Program-made: the position numbers and the translations under genes
The notes under the pieces: generated by a model
What the model saw: the letters and a program-made list of their open reading frames with translations, nothing else
What the model was told of the DNA's origin: nothing
Database searches by the model: none
Shown: piece after piece, positions 23,401 to 36,629 of the stretch
Numbering within the stretch: position 1 is the first letter of the stretch
Layout of the letters: each line of letters opens with the position of its first letter
NCBI GenBank assembly: GCA_013265495.1
Contig: MU061553.1
Span: 12,835 to 76,834, forward strand
Direction of reading: 5' to 3'
From: Vicugna vicugna
Lineage: Eukaryota
Length of the DNA: 64,000 nt

Positions 23401-25104
23401 TGGGGTAGGGACTCGGGGAGAGTGCACTCTATGGTCCAGGGTGGAGGGTGCCCCTGCTGGGGAGGACACTGGAGAGGGCCTAGGGGTGGAGGGCTTTGGA
23501 GGAGCTTGGTTTTTACTAGAACTGACACAGAGGAGGCAGTGAAGGGTGTCAGCAGGAAGTGACCCTCAGGAGAGGTACTCCTGGTTTGCTCCTGATGTTC
23601 TACAGAAAGAAGGGGTCGGGATGGGCGAGAGCAGCTCTGCCTGTCCATTTGAGAATTACCCCTTCATTCATTTATTCATAACACGAAATTCTGAGTGTCT
23701 AGGGGAGAGAGGGTGGACCCACGGTAGTAAGCAAAACGTACTTGCTTCTTGAGAGCTTAGCAGTGTCAGAAGTTGACTTAGCGTAGAATGTTGTAGGAAC
23801 ACAGCAGGGGCACCTAACCCGAAGTGAGGAGGTTGGAGGGAAGGAAGGCTTCCTTGACAGTGAAAATGAGCCTGGAGGCAAGTGGGAAGTAGCAGCAGGT
23901 CAGGGGGCCCCTGAGGTCACTGGGGACCTGGGTACTGAGGTGAGGCTGGGCGAGCAGGGTCGGGGGTGGGGCTGGATCTCTACCAGGGAGCCTCTGAAGG
24001 GTTTGAAGTGGGTATGATGTAATCAAATTTGTGCTTTGGGAAGGCTGCCCTGGCTCTGTATGTGTGTGTTTGTGCGCGCGTGCGTGTGTGTAGCAGGGAA
24101 GAGGGGGAGGGTGCCACCAACTGGGAGGGTCATTAGAAGACCATTCACAGGCTGGGAGGTGACCAGTGGGAGAGGGGCGTCAGGGCTACTTGGGGATGGC
24201 AGGGGCAGTGTGGATGCCGGATTTCCTTATGGGGAGGGCTTGTTAGCGGGGTCGCTCAAGCGACACCTTGTGGCTGGAAGAAAACAGATGGAGGCAGCCA
24301 GGTAGACTTTCCTCCTCTTCCCTGCCTTGTGTGATGATCTTAGCTCAGCCAACATATGGAACAGAAGAGCTAAGTTCCAGGGTAGCCGAGAACTTTGTTG
24401 AGCTCGTTCGAGTGAGATCTGATAGGACTTAGGCTTGTGTTGAGATCTGCATGTTCACTTAGTTAGAAACGTCCCGTCTTTTGGATTTCCATAGGGGTAT
24501 TTATTCTTGATAAAGATTGCTTTTTGCTCAGAGGAAATTTAATACAGCTGCTGTCTTTGTCAAAAAAAAATCTTATCTTTTAAGAAATTTAATATTCAAA
24601 AGAATAGGAATATTTAAAAATGATAAAGTAAGGCTTTGGCGTAGTTTCTTTGGTTTCTTAGTGAATGCCTTTGCATTACTTAATACATCTTTGTCAGTAT
24701 TTAAAGAGCTGTTAGTGAGCGCCCCAGGCCCCACTTCTCAAAGCATCATTAAATCTTGCTCTGAAATACTGAGGTCATAAAGGTCTTGTTTGCAGAAGCC
24801 AAACAGTTGGTTTATAATATGCAGCATAGCTCCCTTTATAAAATAATAAAAGTTTCAAAATTAAGAAAGTGGAAGATAATTCATTTTTTTAAAGCTAAAA
24901 CATAAACTTTCTTGTGCTAATATTGCAACTGGAAATTTCGAAAAGAAAAATCCTACTGTAATATCATCTACGTGAATTACATATATGTCTATCACGTTTG
25001 AAAAGTAACTGCACAGTGGTTTTTGAAGTCAGGACCATTCCATCTCAGATACTGGCAGTGATGGTTGCTGGTTTTCAATGGAAGAGCCTAAATTTGCCTT
25101 TTTG

Positions 25105-25156
25105 GTTTTTTTTTTTTTTTTTTTTTTCTTTTCTTTTTTTTTTTTTTTTTTTTTTT
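25105..25156. repeat. Poly-T tract
   Basis: ~50 nt of T with two C interruptions. Confidence 0.9.
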
Positions 25157-25261
25157 GTAGTGAGAGGGTTGAGTAGTGCTTTGCCACCATGATTTTGGGG
25201 CAATTTAGGGGCAGATATCGTGCACCAGCAGTGAGATATTTCCATGTATTTTACTTTCCGG

Positions 25262-25383
25262 ACATCACCAGGGAACATGTGGGGGTTTGTGCCTGCAGGC
25301 CGGGATGCTGCAGGACTCCCTTGTCCATCACCGTTATGTCTTGGAGCTGCTCCAGTCAGTGAATGACTTTCTGTGGCTTGGAG
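25262..25383 (+). pseudogene. TRAPPC9: TRAPPC9 pseudo-exon 3
   Basis: [14 protein letters not shown]...[14 protein letters not shown] followed by |gtaagg. Acceptor AG mutated to GG; deletion in the KRCQGRMR-coding part. Confidence 0.92.
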
Positions 25384-25729
25384 GTAAGGTGATCTGATGC
25401 AGATGATCAGATGTGTAACTAAAGTACTGTTACTTGAAGTAAGAGAAAACCTAGCAAAAATGGCTCTAAAATATAGGATGAGGGAGGAGAATTGGCTGAG
25501 CTGCTTGCAGTGGGGAATATTTTCAGGTGACTCCCTCATTGTGTCTCCTGTCACTCTCCCCCACAGCCCTGCACGGCAGTCATGCTGAAGCAAGCATGCA
25601 CTTTCTCAGAAACGCACTCAATTTCCTTGTGCCTCTGTTTGTTGGCTTTTTTTGAAAGCACATCTTGCCCTTTGCTTAAATGCCATCCCTGCTAGTCACC
25701 TCTTACACTCATTCCTCTGGACCTCGTCC

Positions 25730-26270
25730 ATACATAGATGCTGAATGGATGAACAGAATGTAGTATCTCCATGTAGTGGAACATTATTCAGACATAAGAG
25801 TGAATAAAAAAGAAAAAGTAAATAAAGGGGAATATGAAAAGTCCACCTGCTCTGGGAAGTCCACCCTGACTGCTCAACCCACCCTTTTCCATTTGAAACC
25901 CCACCCCTTATACTCCTCTCTACTCTTTTTGATAGTATTTACTACCTTGTAATAAACACTAACATTTTCAAAAAAAAAAAAAGAAGAGAGATGCTGATAC
26001 CACTTCAATATGGACGAGCCTTGATAACAGCATGTTAAGTGAAAGGAACCAGACACAAACGGCCACATTTTGTTGATTTCAGTGATCTGAAATGCCCAGA
26101 ATAGGCACATGCAGAGGCAGAGAGCAGGTGATGGTTGCAAGGGGCTGGTTGGAGGGGGGTTGGGGTGTGACTGCTAGTGACAGGGGTGTTCTTTTGGGGC
26201 AATGAAGTGTTCTGGAAATAGATGGTGGTGAGGGCTGCACAACCGTGAGTGTGCAGAAGACTGCTGAGCG
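25730..26270 (+). mobile_element. Old LINE-1 (L1M) 3' fragments
   Basis: gaatggatgaacagaatgtagtatctccatg..., catgttaagtgaaaggaaccagacac..., gatggtggtgagggctgcacaacc. Confidence 0.7.
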
Positions 26271-27340
26271 CTGTCTCTGGGAGTGCCTGTGGTTGGGTGC
26301 GGCTTTATTTTTTCCTCATCCTGCAATGTGAAGAGTTATCTTGTGCTGAGGCTGTTCTATTCCTGTGAGTGGTGAGGCTCAGAGACTTTGCAGTCATGTT
26401 TCTTTTCTCCCCCTTGCTGAGTGTAGGCAAAAAAAGGTTTAAGCCTGAGAAAGTGCTCCATCTGCAGAAATGTCTTTCAGTTTTGCATGGTGTTAAAATC
26501 TTGAGAGCTTTTTAATCGTTGAGGACAGTCTGTTGGGGGAAACAGCCCGTGAAGCCTGGGTGAGACCTGGAAGAGCCGCGCTTCCCTCCCAGACATGGGT
26601 GGGGATTTCACCCCCGTTCAGGCAGTGAAGGGCCCAGACCCGTGAGTGGAGTTGACAGTCGTGAATATTTAAGTGTATCCGCTGCTTCATCTTGGATATT
26701 AATTTCAAACTGAGTCAGTTTGTGGTGGCAGCCTTATCCTACATCAGGAATTTATAGTATCTGCTCTTTGAAGTGAAGACCTGACAGACTTGATTATTTA
26801 TCTCTCTTGATGATATCTCAGATTCCTTTGTCAAAAGCAAAACAGCAGAAATACAGACATCCTTTAATGCCGATGTGACCTGTAGCAGGTTTAGTCTCTG
26901 TGCCTCAGTGGCCTTATGTGCGGGTGGGGAAGATGATAACAGTGCTTCCCTCAGAGGGGCAGGTGAGGGGGGAGGGAGAAGCACAAATGTAGGACTTACA
27001 CGAGATGCTCATGAATGACCGGAGTTAGTGCTCTCAGCCTGGTGAGGCCTCAGGGGCAGAGATGTCAGAACGGAGCAGTCCTAGCAGGAGCTAGATCCGT
27101 GTTGGCAGCTGTTTTGATCAGTATCACCACTGTGGGTTATCAGGTAGTTTTAAGACTTGGTAATATGAATTCATGAATAAAGTTAAAAGACTAGACAACT
27201 CAGATCCGGTTTACATAGTTCTCAAGATTTCCTCTGAGAAATGGATATGTTTTCCCCATCTTAAATCTGAGTTGAGTCTCTAAAAAATTTCTGTGGTCCT
27301 CCATCTTTTTGGTTTAATTCTCCATTTCTTGAAAAAAAAG

Positions 27341-27426
27341 TTTTTAATTGGAGTTACTGGGAACTGAACTGAGGGCCTTATGCATGCTGAGCACATACTC
27401 TCTCAACTGAGGTATAATTTCCCCCC
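27341..27426 (-). mobile_element. Vic-1-type SINE (diverged)
   Basis: ggagttactgggaactgaactgagggccttatgcatgctgagcacatactct...cccccc. Confidence 0.7.
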
Positions 27427-28593
27427 TGATTTTTTTTTAAACTTTACTTTCTTACTATTCAGAGGTCAGAGGTCTCTAATTCTTTTTCTGGAGACTTGTC
27501 CATGAACCTGTAAATCTATAATTAGTGGACAAAATTTGGTTTGTTAAAAAAATCAATAGAACTTTCTGCAATCCATTCGAAAGGAAATGTTCATTGACTT
27601 AAAATATTTCTCCTTTATGGTGATTCCTAATTTTTGGTCTAGCTTAACTTATTAAAAGTAATCCTTATCATCATAATGACAAAGCATGCTCTGAGTGGAC
27701 ACCTACCTAAAGCTAAAATGCTTTCCTCATGTTTTACATCATAGCAGGTGTTTGAGGGTAGGTATCATTGTCTCCTTTTTTGCAGCTGAGGGATTGAGAG
27801 ATGAAGCAGCTTGTCCCAAATCTCATGCAGCTGGCGGAGGTAGGCTCAGGGCTGGAACCCAGGTTGCACAGGATGCCTTCTCAATTGCTCCTCTAATCAT
27901 CCTCCCGTTGAGTGGTTTCCCGAACTCCTGTGAGCCCATAAATGACCGATTTTAGCGATCTCAGCCTGATGAGGCCTTCAAAGGAGAGACACCAGTGAGA
28001 ATGTGAGACAGAGTGGCATAAATTAAAATTGTACATTTTCACAAATGTTGCATTCTCAGGTAATGACTTAAAAAGTTTATATTTTCTTTATTTTAGTGCT
28101 CTGTAAGCACTAAAAACAAGACATTAAAAATGATTATAGTGCAAAATAACAGTGGGCTTTGAAAGTCCAACCATTGCTAATGATGTTGCTTGTTTTGTTC
28201 TAGTGGCGCTTATTGACTGAAAAATTTACAAAGACTGAATTGGTTTTATGTAGTCTTAGTATGGAGGAAAAGTTTGTCAGTGAATATTGAAAGTAAAATC
28301 TTTACTCTTTTCTTTCCTGATGATGAATATGTATGTTGTTTACATGGCTTAGATACATTTCCTCATTTGTGAAATTTGAGTGATGCCATTTACCGAGTCT
28401 GACTGTGAGAGGTAGAAGCCTTGTATGCAAAGCAACCAAAATCTGCTTAGTAAAAATGTGCTGTCACAATGACCTATAGTTTAGAAGGATCAACTGTGAA
28501 TACTAAAGAGGGTGGCTTGTTTCTGATGCATATTCAATATGGATATATATGAAATATATGAATATGGCTTAAATTAACAAGGATTCAGGGTTT

Positions 28594-28617
28594 TGTGTGT
28601 GTGTGTGTGTGTGTGTG
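28594..28617. repeat. (TG)12 microsatellite
   Basis: Read directly from the sequence. Confidence 0.95.
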
Positions 28618-30851
28618 CAGTATGAAGTTTTAATGAAATGTGTATCATTCTAGTGAGACAGGGACTAATTAAATGGCCTTAAGCAGACGACCTTGAAGAT
28701 TATTTACACAGAATGTGTATTGTTACAACTCAGAATTCATGTTGCAGTGTAACCATCCACTCAAACATTTAAATTAGTAGGAATCTGACCAGAACCATTA
28801 AGTTTAGAAAAATCCACATTGGTCATTTTCAGGGAATAAGCTTCTCTCTTTTGTGATTAAAGAAAATTTTGATTTATTTTTCTGCATTCTTAATAGGTTT
28901 TAAAATAACAAAACATTGATTTCACATGTCACTTTTTTAATAGAATAAANNNNNNNNNNNNNNNNNNNNNNNNNNNNNNNNNNNNNNNNNNNNNNNNNNN
29001 NNNNNNNNNNNNNNNNNNNNNNNNNNNNNNNNNNNNNNNNNNNNNNNNNNNNNNNNNNNNNNNNNNNNNNNNNNNNNNNNNNNNNNNTTTTATGAATCAT
29101 AGTACAGATCTGTTGGTTTTTGCTACAGTGCAAGACATGAGGCCTAGGAGAGCTTTGCTGCGGATTGCCAGGACAGATCCCAGGTATCAGTCTCCCCTCC
29201 TGTAAAATGAAGTGGCTGGACTGGATTCTTTCCTCTTTTAAGATGAGTTTCCATGAGCCTGTGTCTTTTGCTTATATTCAGGAGTATAAGCAATATCAGA
29301 TTAAATACTGAATACCCCTCCCTTCCCCGAAGCGAAGTGCAGTATGTGGTACATAAGCTTGTAGTTATCTGACTCTTGTTTCTGATCCAACAGGCAATAT
29401 TTGTGTTGCATATTTCCCGACAACCTGGAAGGTCTTTTTAGCCATAGGTGGCGCTGTTGCACCTTCTTACAGTCTTAATTTTCCTGTTTGTAAAAGAAGG
29501 CTTAAACAACGTTATTTTATTTTGATTCCTTTGCTTAGTGCTTCAGGATAGAACCATGTCCATTATGTCTGTCTACCTGGAAAAATTATTCTGCTTATAT
29601 CTTAGTTTTATTCTGTCATCTCGCTGTGAACATTTCAGACTTGCTGTGCAAACAATGGCAAAATCGGACTTTTCTTCCAGTGTTAGAAACCAGTGAGCCG
29701 GGATTTTATAAAAGAGCTAGAAGCGGCCTCTGGAGCAACTTAAAGCTGAAAAGTGTACTGAATTCCCTGAGTATTGACCCCGCCGCTCTGTGTTAATTGG
29801 TGGGAGATGATTTGGTACATATACGAAGGGGTGTAGTGTTTTGACTTGGGTTTGCGTGCACGTGCTGCCACTGAGCCACGTGAGCCTGAGTCAGTTTGTT
29901 CTGAGTTTTTCCCTCGTCTGTGAGATGGGGACGCTCGTGTCTGCTTTGTAGAATTGTGAGAATTAGAAATTATGTAAAGTGTTTACCACAGTGGGTCTGT
30001 CAAGAGGGCTCATAAACTTTATCTCCTGTTTTGTATCAAGCCATCATTTTACAGTCTTTGGCAATTACTAAGAAACAGGAAAATAAGAAAAGCTGGTTTT
30101 ACGATGAAAGATATTTGAGGAGGTTCCATAGTTCCTATACCCATAATTTAGCATCAGCAGAGTCAGGACCGTTACACAGTAGCCCTGAACCAATGTTAAG
30201 ACACAGAATTTTTTGTTACTTCACATATGTTGGGGCTTAAGGGGACCCAATACTTATACACATGTTTTCTCCAGCAGCCAACTGAGAGATGACACAGAAG
30301 AACAGGCAGGTGATAAATGTCTCCTTTATTACTGATGAAGCCACTTTCTCCATGAAATTCAGGGCTATGGGAGAGTGGGTGTCATGATACTGTGTCCCAG
30401 AATTAGAGACTCATGCAATCCCAGTTAGCTCTGGGCCACAGTGAGACTTCCCTTGAGAGGATATGCCACATAATGCATACGGCTGTCCTGCCATGGAGCT
30501 GAGCATCCCGAGAGCTTCCCAAGGGTGGCCAACACTGGAGGGAAAGGAAAGGTTTCATATGCCCTGCTTGTCTCCCCGGATCCACACCTCAATCTGTTAG
30601 CGTGAGGAGGAATAGCTGTGGGCCAGGGGCCAGGAGTGTGAAGGGAGAAGCACTCTCCATGGACCAGAGGAGTGGGGAGGCGGCATCCCCTCCCTCAGTT
30701 TAAACAGGTCGTGGGATGGAACAGAAGGCTGCTCCTCAAGAGATTATAAGAGTGGAAATAAGGATTTCTTTTGGGATTCAGACTAGCCATGAAACAAAGA
30801 AGATGATTAGAAGGAAGACTTGTAAATCACTTTCATATTAAATTGGCATTT

Positions 30852-31345
30852 TTTCTTTTTTTTCCTTTTTTTAAACATTTTTTATTGATTTATAAACATT
30901 TTACAATGTTTTGTCAAATTCCAGTGTTCAGCACAATTTTTCAGTCATTCATGGACATATACACACATTGTCACATTTTTTTCTCTGTGATTTATCATAA
31001 CATTTTGTGTATATTTGACTGTGCTATACAGTGTAGTCTTGTTTATCTATTCTACAATCTTGAAATCCCAGTCTATCCCTTTCCAACCTCTACCCCCCTG
31101 GTAACCACAAGTCTGTATTCTCTGTCCATAAGTCTATTTCTTTCCTGTGTTTATGTTTTGTTTTTGCTTGTTTGTTTTTGTTTTTGTTTTTTACTGCTCA
31201 GCCATAAAAACCGACAACATAATGCCATTTGCAGCAACATGGATGCTCCTAGAGAATGTCATTCTAAGTGAAGTAAGCCAGAAAGAGAAAGAAAAATACC
31301 ATATGAGATGGCTCATATGTGGAATCTAAAAATAAATAAATAAAT
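30852..31345 (-). mobile_element. Short 5'-inverted young LINE-1 insertion
   Basis: Minus-strand L1 3' end (to ~31192) joined to a plus-strand piece encoding SAIKTDNIMPFAATWMLLENVILSEVSQKEK; flanked by taaattggcattt / taaatagacattt. Confidence 0.85.
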
Positions 31346-32994
31346 AAATAGACATTTGTTGAGCACCAAAATTGTGCTACATTATTTTCTGAGAGTTTTA
31401 CAGAAATGAATCTTTCAAACCTCACAACAAATGAGTAAGGAAGGTTTGATTGTTATCCCAGGTTTACAATGTGGAAATTGAGTCACGGAGAGAGTAAGTA
31501 AGTTGGCCAAGTTCACAGAGCTAGAAAGTGGCAGAGCTGGTACTTAAACCCTGGCTGTCTGGTTTCCAGGCTCCCAGGGATGGGCTTTGGGTGTTTAGAG
31601 GTATCTGCATCCCTGGATCTCTGTACCTCTGTGCATCAGTTAGCCCAGAAAGGACAGGGAAAGGAAAGTTACACAGGTGCTTACAGTCGTGTCTCGGCCA
31701 CTGTCCACGAAGAGTGCACCGTGATTAGCGTTAATTGTTTTCCAGGCAGTAGACCTTTTCGTATAACAGAAATTTAGTCCATTGAGTTAATCTAGAAACC
31801 CTTCCTGCTCTGTTTCTGTCCACGCTTGCCATGTGACTGCCTGCCCGTGATTGGGCCATTGAGGAGAAAATGTACTCATGGTTGAACTCCGATATTTCAG
31901 TCTGGTTTGTAGTTTCACATCTCCTGTTACATTAATAAATTAAATTTCTGGTTTTCTCACATCAGTGTCTCATGAGTTTGGTTAATGTGAAACCAGTCCA
32001 AGGGAGCCCAAGGGTGCTGACGATATAATTTCGGAGCACGTTGTGTCACTTCTACCCGTGCAGTCCTGACTGGAGGATGTCCGCCTTCCGCACTGATTTC
32101 CCCCAACAGCAGGGTCCTATCCCACACCCGGATGTGAGGCTGGGAGCTCAATGAGTAGGCCAGTCAGAGGCCAAGTCCACCAATCAGAAAATGAAGAAGT
32201 ACCTGGAAGTGGGCTTAATAGAAGAAAAGGGATTCGAGGTAGTCCTATGGACAGTTCGAGTCCATTTGGTGAGAAGCTGTCCACTGTCTGTGGTTGAGCT
32301 GCTGCTTAGCTGTTGAAAATTCCGGATTAGATGAAGGGATTTTAAAAAGCAGAAAGGAGTGATTTCAGGTGGTACATCCACCCCGGTGAGAAGTGATGGA
32401 TGACCGCCTGTGTGAGGTATAGACAGACTCTAACAAACTTCATAAAACAGCTTTAAAAGCTCTTCCATCTGAGTGCACTTCATATGAGGTCCTGGTCATC
32501 ACTGGTCGCGCTGAGAGGGCAAATTTTTGATGATGACAGAAAGGACACGGAGGCATCAAAAAGGTCTCAGTCATGTTCCCTGTTTAAAGGAGGTGGCACA
32601 GTGTAATATATTTGAGCTGGTTTTTCACTGAACAATTATTTGTGTTTTCTGGGACTCCCCAGTCCCCTGAGGTTCCATGCAGCTGGGAGTCCCCTCAGTG
32701 CAGCTCCGTCAGCGCTTGCCCTGGGCTGACGTGGTGTCACGGGGAGCAGGACGGTCAGCGTCCCCGGCTCCTCCGAGCCCCGTCTCCTCATCCGCAGGGC
32801 CGGGTTTCTCATCCGTGTCTACTTAGTAGGGTTGCTGAGAATCACACGTGATGGTTATCAGGTGTGATTGGTGGTTGTCTCTGTGATTGGCATATAGTCA
32901 ATATTTGATAGAAACATTTGTTTTTTTAATTGTCGCTGCTAGATTGCAGTGGTTTTTAGTCTGCATTTTTATAACTTTATTCTTATTTTTAAAT

Positions 32995-33090
32995 ATGCAC
33001 TTATTTTTATTTATTTCCTTGGAGGTACTGTGGACTGAAGCCAGGACATTGTGCGTGCTAAGCAGGTGCTCAAAACTGATTAATACCCAC
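32995..33090 (-). mobile_element. Vic-1-type SINE (diverged)
   Basis: ggaggtactgtggactgaagccaggacattgtgcgtgctaagcaggtgctc. Confidence 0.7.
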
Positions 33091-33963
33091 TCTCCTTGTC
33101 TGCACTTAAAAATAAACATTCATTGCAATACACAAAATAGCTCTTAAACACCATCATGGGACCTAGTCTGTGTATAGACAATTGAACACTTATGCTATTT
33201 CAATAAGAATAAATGTTGTTAGGAACTACCTTTCTGAATGTGTTAATGTGCTTAAAAACGGTCATAGCTAGTGATAAACACGAGTCTTGGATCCAGTGCT
33301 TCTTAGGGTCTGTTTTGCCATCATGGGAAATTACATTCTACAGAGAAGGCTAATTGGGTCTCTTTGATATTTGGATCGTTTAGCAGAAGATCAAGGCTTT
33401 CAAAAGCTGACAGTTTTGTATTTTAAACTAACTACAAATTTATCTTCTAGAAGTTGGAAGTCCTAACCTTGTGAAGTGCCCAGTATCCAGGGGGTATGTG
33501 TCTGTGTCTGTGTGAACGTTTGTGTGTGTGATTTCAGGAAGGTAGAAATAAGTTCCATATAGACTTCTGATACCTTTCTCCTCCAGTTCAAGGTGTAGGC
33601 ATATATTTACACAAATAAATTGATATTCTTTTGGCTTTTGGCATATTGGTGGGAATAAGCGGTTCTCATACTTGTTTCAGAAGGGTTGGGGAGCATGAGC
33701 TTAGAAAATGGGAGGAGAAATAGGCAGGGAAGCACTTCACACTTTGTGCAGGATATGAGAAACAGGAGCTTTCCTTTTTCTTTTCTTCTAAAGCAAACTG
33801 GCTCTGAATTGAAACATACTATTACTCAGAATTGCTTTTCTGATCCGATACAAGTGCCTCAGCTTTTTCAAGGCAACATGAATGATGAAATGTGTTTTAG
33901 CAGTAATCTTTAAAAGTAGTTTTATTTTTCAAATAAAAGGCGACACCCTGTGATTTCTTCCAG

Positions 33964-33990
33964 CGACATAAGAAGTTCTCATTGATCTAT
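33964..33990 (+). pseudogene. TRAPPC9: TRAPPC9 27-nt microexon (exon 5) remnant
   Basis: ttccag|cgacataagaagttctcattgatctat|gtacat encodes T*EVLIDL versus AQEVLIDP; correct length and position. Confidence 0.85.
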
Positions 33991-35114
33991 GTACATGATC
34001 TATATGCTTAGTTTCTTTGGGGTTTTTTCCTTTAAGTGCTTGTGTCATTGTGGTGCGAATGAATGTTTAAAATTTCTGGATTTTGATCTTTAGAACATGC
34101 TGATTTATCAGAACTGTTAAAAACTTGATTGTTCTTTGGTCCTTGTTTGGTGGGGCACCCTATTGATTTCTGTTGTCTGTTAAAGAGGGAAATTCTTCTA
34201 AATCATTAAGTGAATGGTTTGCAGTGTGCCTTTAAATTTCTTTGAATACATTGCCCATGTATGTCCAGGGAATTTTGAATTGACTCATGGTAATGACTTT
34301 GCTCTGATTCTGTGGCTTTTGCTCCTCTCCACAAGAATTTGAATTCTCTGTTGCATTTTGTATACGTGTTCTTAACAGGGGAAGAAATTTTGCATTTTTT
34401 ACAGATGTGGGTTTTCCTATCCCCTCTTAATGCCTTCTGTAATTGATACAACAAAAATCTGTTATTGCAGTGCTTAATTATTTCATAAACTATTTTTTGG
34501 CTTAATCAGAAACAATGACAAACTGTGATAATAAAAAATATGAAAACCCTCCTTCCTTGGAAGAATAGAAATCAGGTGGTCAGGCTCACGCATGCTTTGT
34601 GCCTGACACACATACTCTCATGTCACTGTGTATCATGATTCGGAGATGGAGTTGCTTCAGGTTTATAGATTTTGCTTTTAACATTTGTGTTGAATTCTTT
34701 CTCCAGGCTATGTTTCCTGTTGGGTTTGTGGAAAGTGTATAAGGAAAACAAACGCTTTGTTTTGTTTTCAGGAGGCCTGAGTTGCTGATGAGAAAAGAGT
34801 TGAGGGTGGGCTGAGGAAGGGAGTGACACTCCCTCTCCTCCAGGCTGAAATTGATGAACAATTAAATCAATTAAGTATATCGGTATTTGACCAATAGAAG
34901 TTAGCAAGCCCAAACTGGCTAGTTATAGCCAATGGAAAGTACTGAATACACCTGCAAAATTAGGTGCTTTACCAAGTAACAGCAGCTTAGAGCAATCAGA
35001 AAAATCAGTCCTATGATGAGATATAAAAAGAATATAATATTTTTTATTTCTGAAACTTTTCTACGTTAAGTTGTTAAGAGCTAAAATTAAGTTTCAAGCA
35101 CCAGGAGTTAAGAG

Positions 35115-35844
35115 TGTGGGGGTTCTGTAGGATCGTTATTCAGGGATGTGTCTAGACCCTGCTAGATTGGCTGAATCTGGCAGGAAAAGGCCCAGAGCCA
35201 GGATTTGTCATCCCAGAGTGTCCTCCATAATGGTTCCATGTGGGAGCCCATGATTGGGTTAACAAATTGTAACAGACGCCAGCTGCCTGCCAACTTTAAG
35301 AAGGAAAAAATATGCTTAGTTACTGCTTTGCAAGCAGGCGCCTGTGCATCCTCACTCCTGTCTCCTTGACTTAAAAAGCAGATACAATGCTTTGCTTGCA
35401 TAGTTGAGGTTTTAGATAGCACTCTGCTCATTGGAAAGCAACGACCCAGACCCTCCGCTGTAAACGCTGGCCTTGTGTGCTGTTAGATTGTCTATTATCC
35501 CCAAAACAGGGACCTGGCTGGTCTGGTGGTCTGCTTTGTAATTAATATATCTAAAGAATGTATTTTGTTCCCCTCACTCCATGACTTCCTTAATGATACA
35601 CTAACCCTTTGTACTCATTGTTGATTCTACAATCTCATCCCATCTCATCCCATCTTTCCTCAAGTTCCTGCTTACTATCACACAACTGTTAATGACTTTT
35701 TCCTTTGATTATACACAATAAATATGGAAGCATTTGAGAGGCTCGTGGAGTTGGCTCCTTACTCCTTCTTGCTTTTTTGACTTTTTCCACAGAGTCTTGA
35801 GTAATCTTTCCGTGTCTTTAAGACTTCAGCCAGCCAGAGCCCAC
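35115..35844 (+). mobile_element. Probable solo LTR
   Basis: tgtggg...cccaca inverted ends and AATAAA at ~35717; TSD not resolved (alternative end at 35791). Confidence 0.55.
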
Positions 35845-36629
35845 AGTTCCATGTGAGAAGGATGCAGGCTTTATCGCTCCTACCCGAGGGAGAGACAGAA
35901 GAGAATTGAGACCTGGTCACCCGTGGCCCCTTCCTGCCCCAGGGCCACCCCAGGTCACCTGCAGCTTTCTGGCCTCTGCTCACAGGGCCTCTGTCCCAGG
36001 ACTGACCGCAGCCTTTTCTTCCCTGGTCAACATTTCCTGTGCCTTTCAGAACTTGGTCTCTTCTCTGCAATTCAACCCTGGCAGATGTGATGGTGGTCAG
36101 CGTGCTGGTGGGCAGTCAGTTGGGGACTGCCAGGAGACATGCTGATTCTCCTGAGTCTCTCATTCGGGGTTACAGAACTGTCGAGCACCGGAGGAAGCCC
36201 ATTCACGTGAGGTCAACAGAGCATTGCATCACTTTCATTTTATTTTTGAATTTTCAGTGGAGAAATGATTTGTAGCAAACTGTTCCAGATTTTCGGCTGC
36301 CTGCTTTCCTCGCCACCATTTCCTTGCTGGCTCTGGTGCTTGTTTTAAGAACCAGGTTTCTTCTCTGGTCATTTCTAGCAGCTGGGCTTGCCGAATCCTT
36401 GATCTGCATTTGAAGCAGAATGCTTTTTCGTGATGTCAAACTGATTTTCCTATTTCTGAATATTTCGTGTACACTCAGCAACTGTTTCAAGTGAAATGCT
36501 CTTGTCCAATTTCAGTTAACCCACATTTGCTGATCTGCTGCTTTCATGCTGAGGGCAGTTTCTTCTTCCTGTAATAAAAGTTAGCAATTTGCATTAACTT
36601 TGGAAGGTACTGGCCCGAGGTGCTTTTGT

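Noticed and set aside
29440..29458. CTCF-like motif gccataggtggcgctg
   Set aside because: A single partial motif match that cannot be supported without binding or conservation data.
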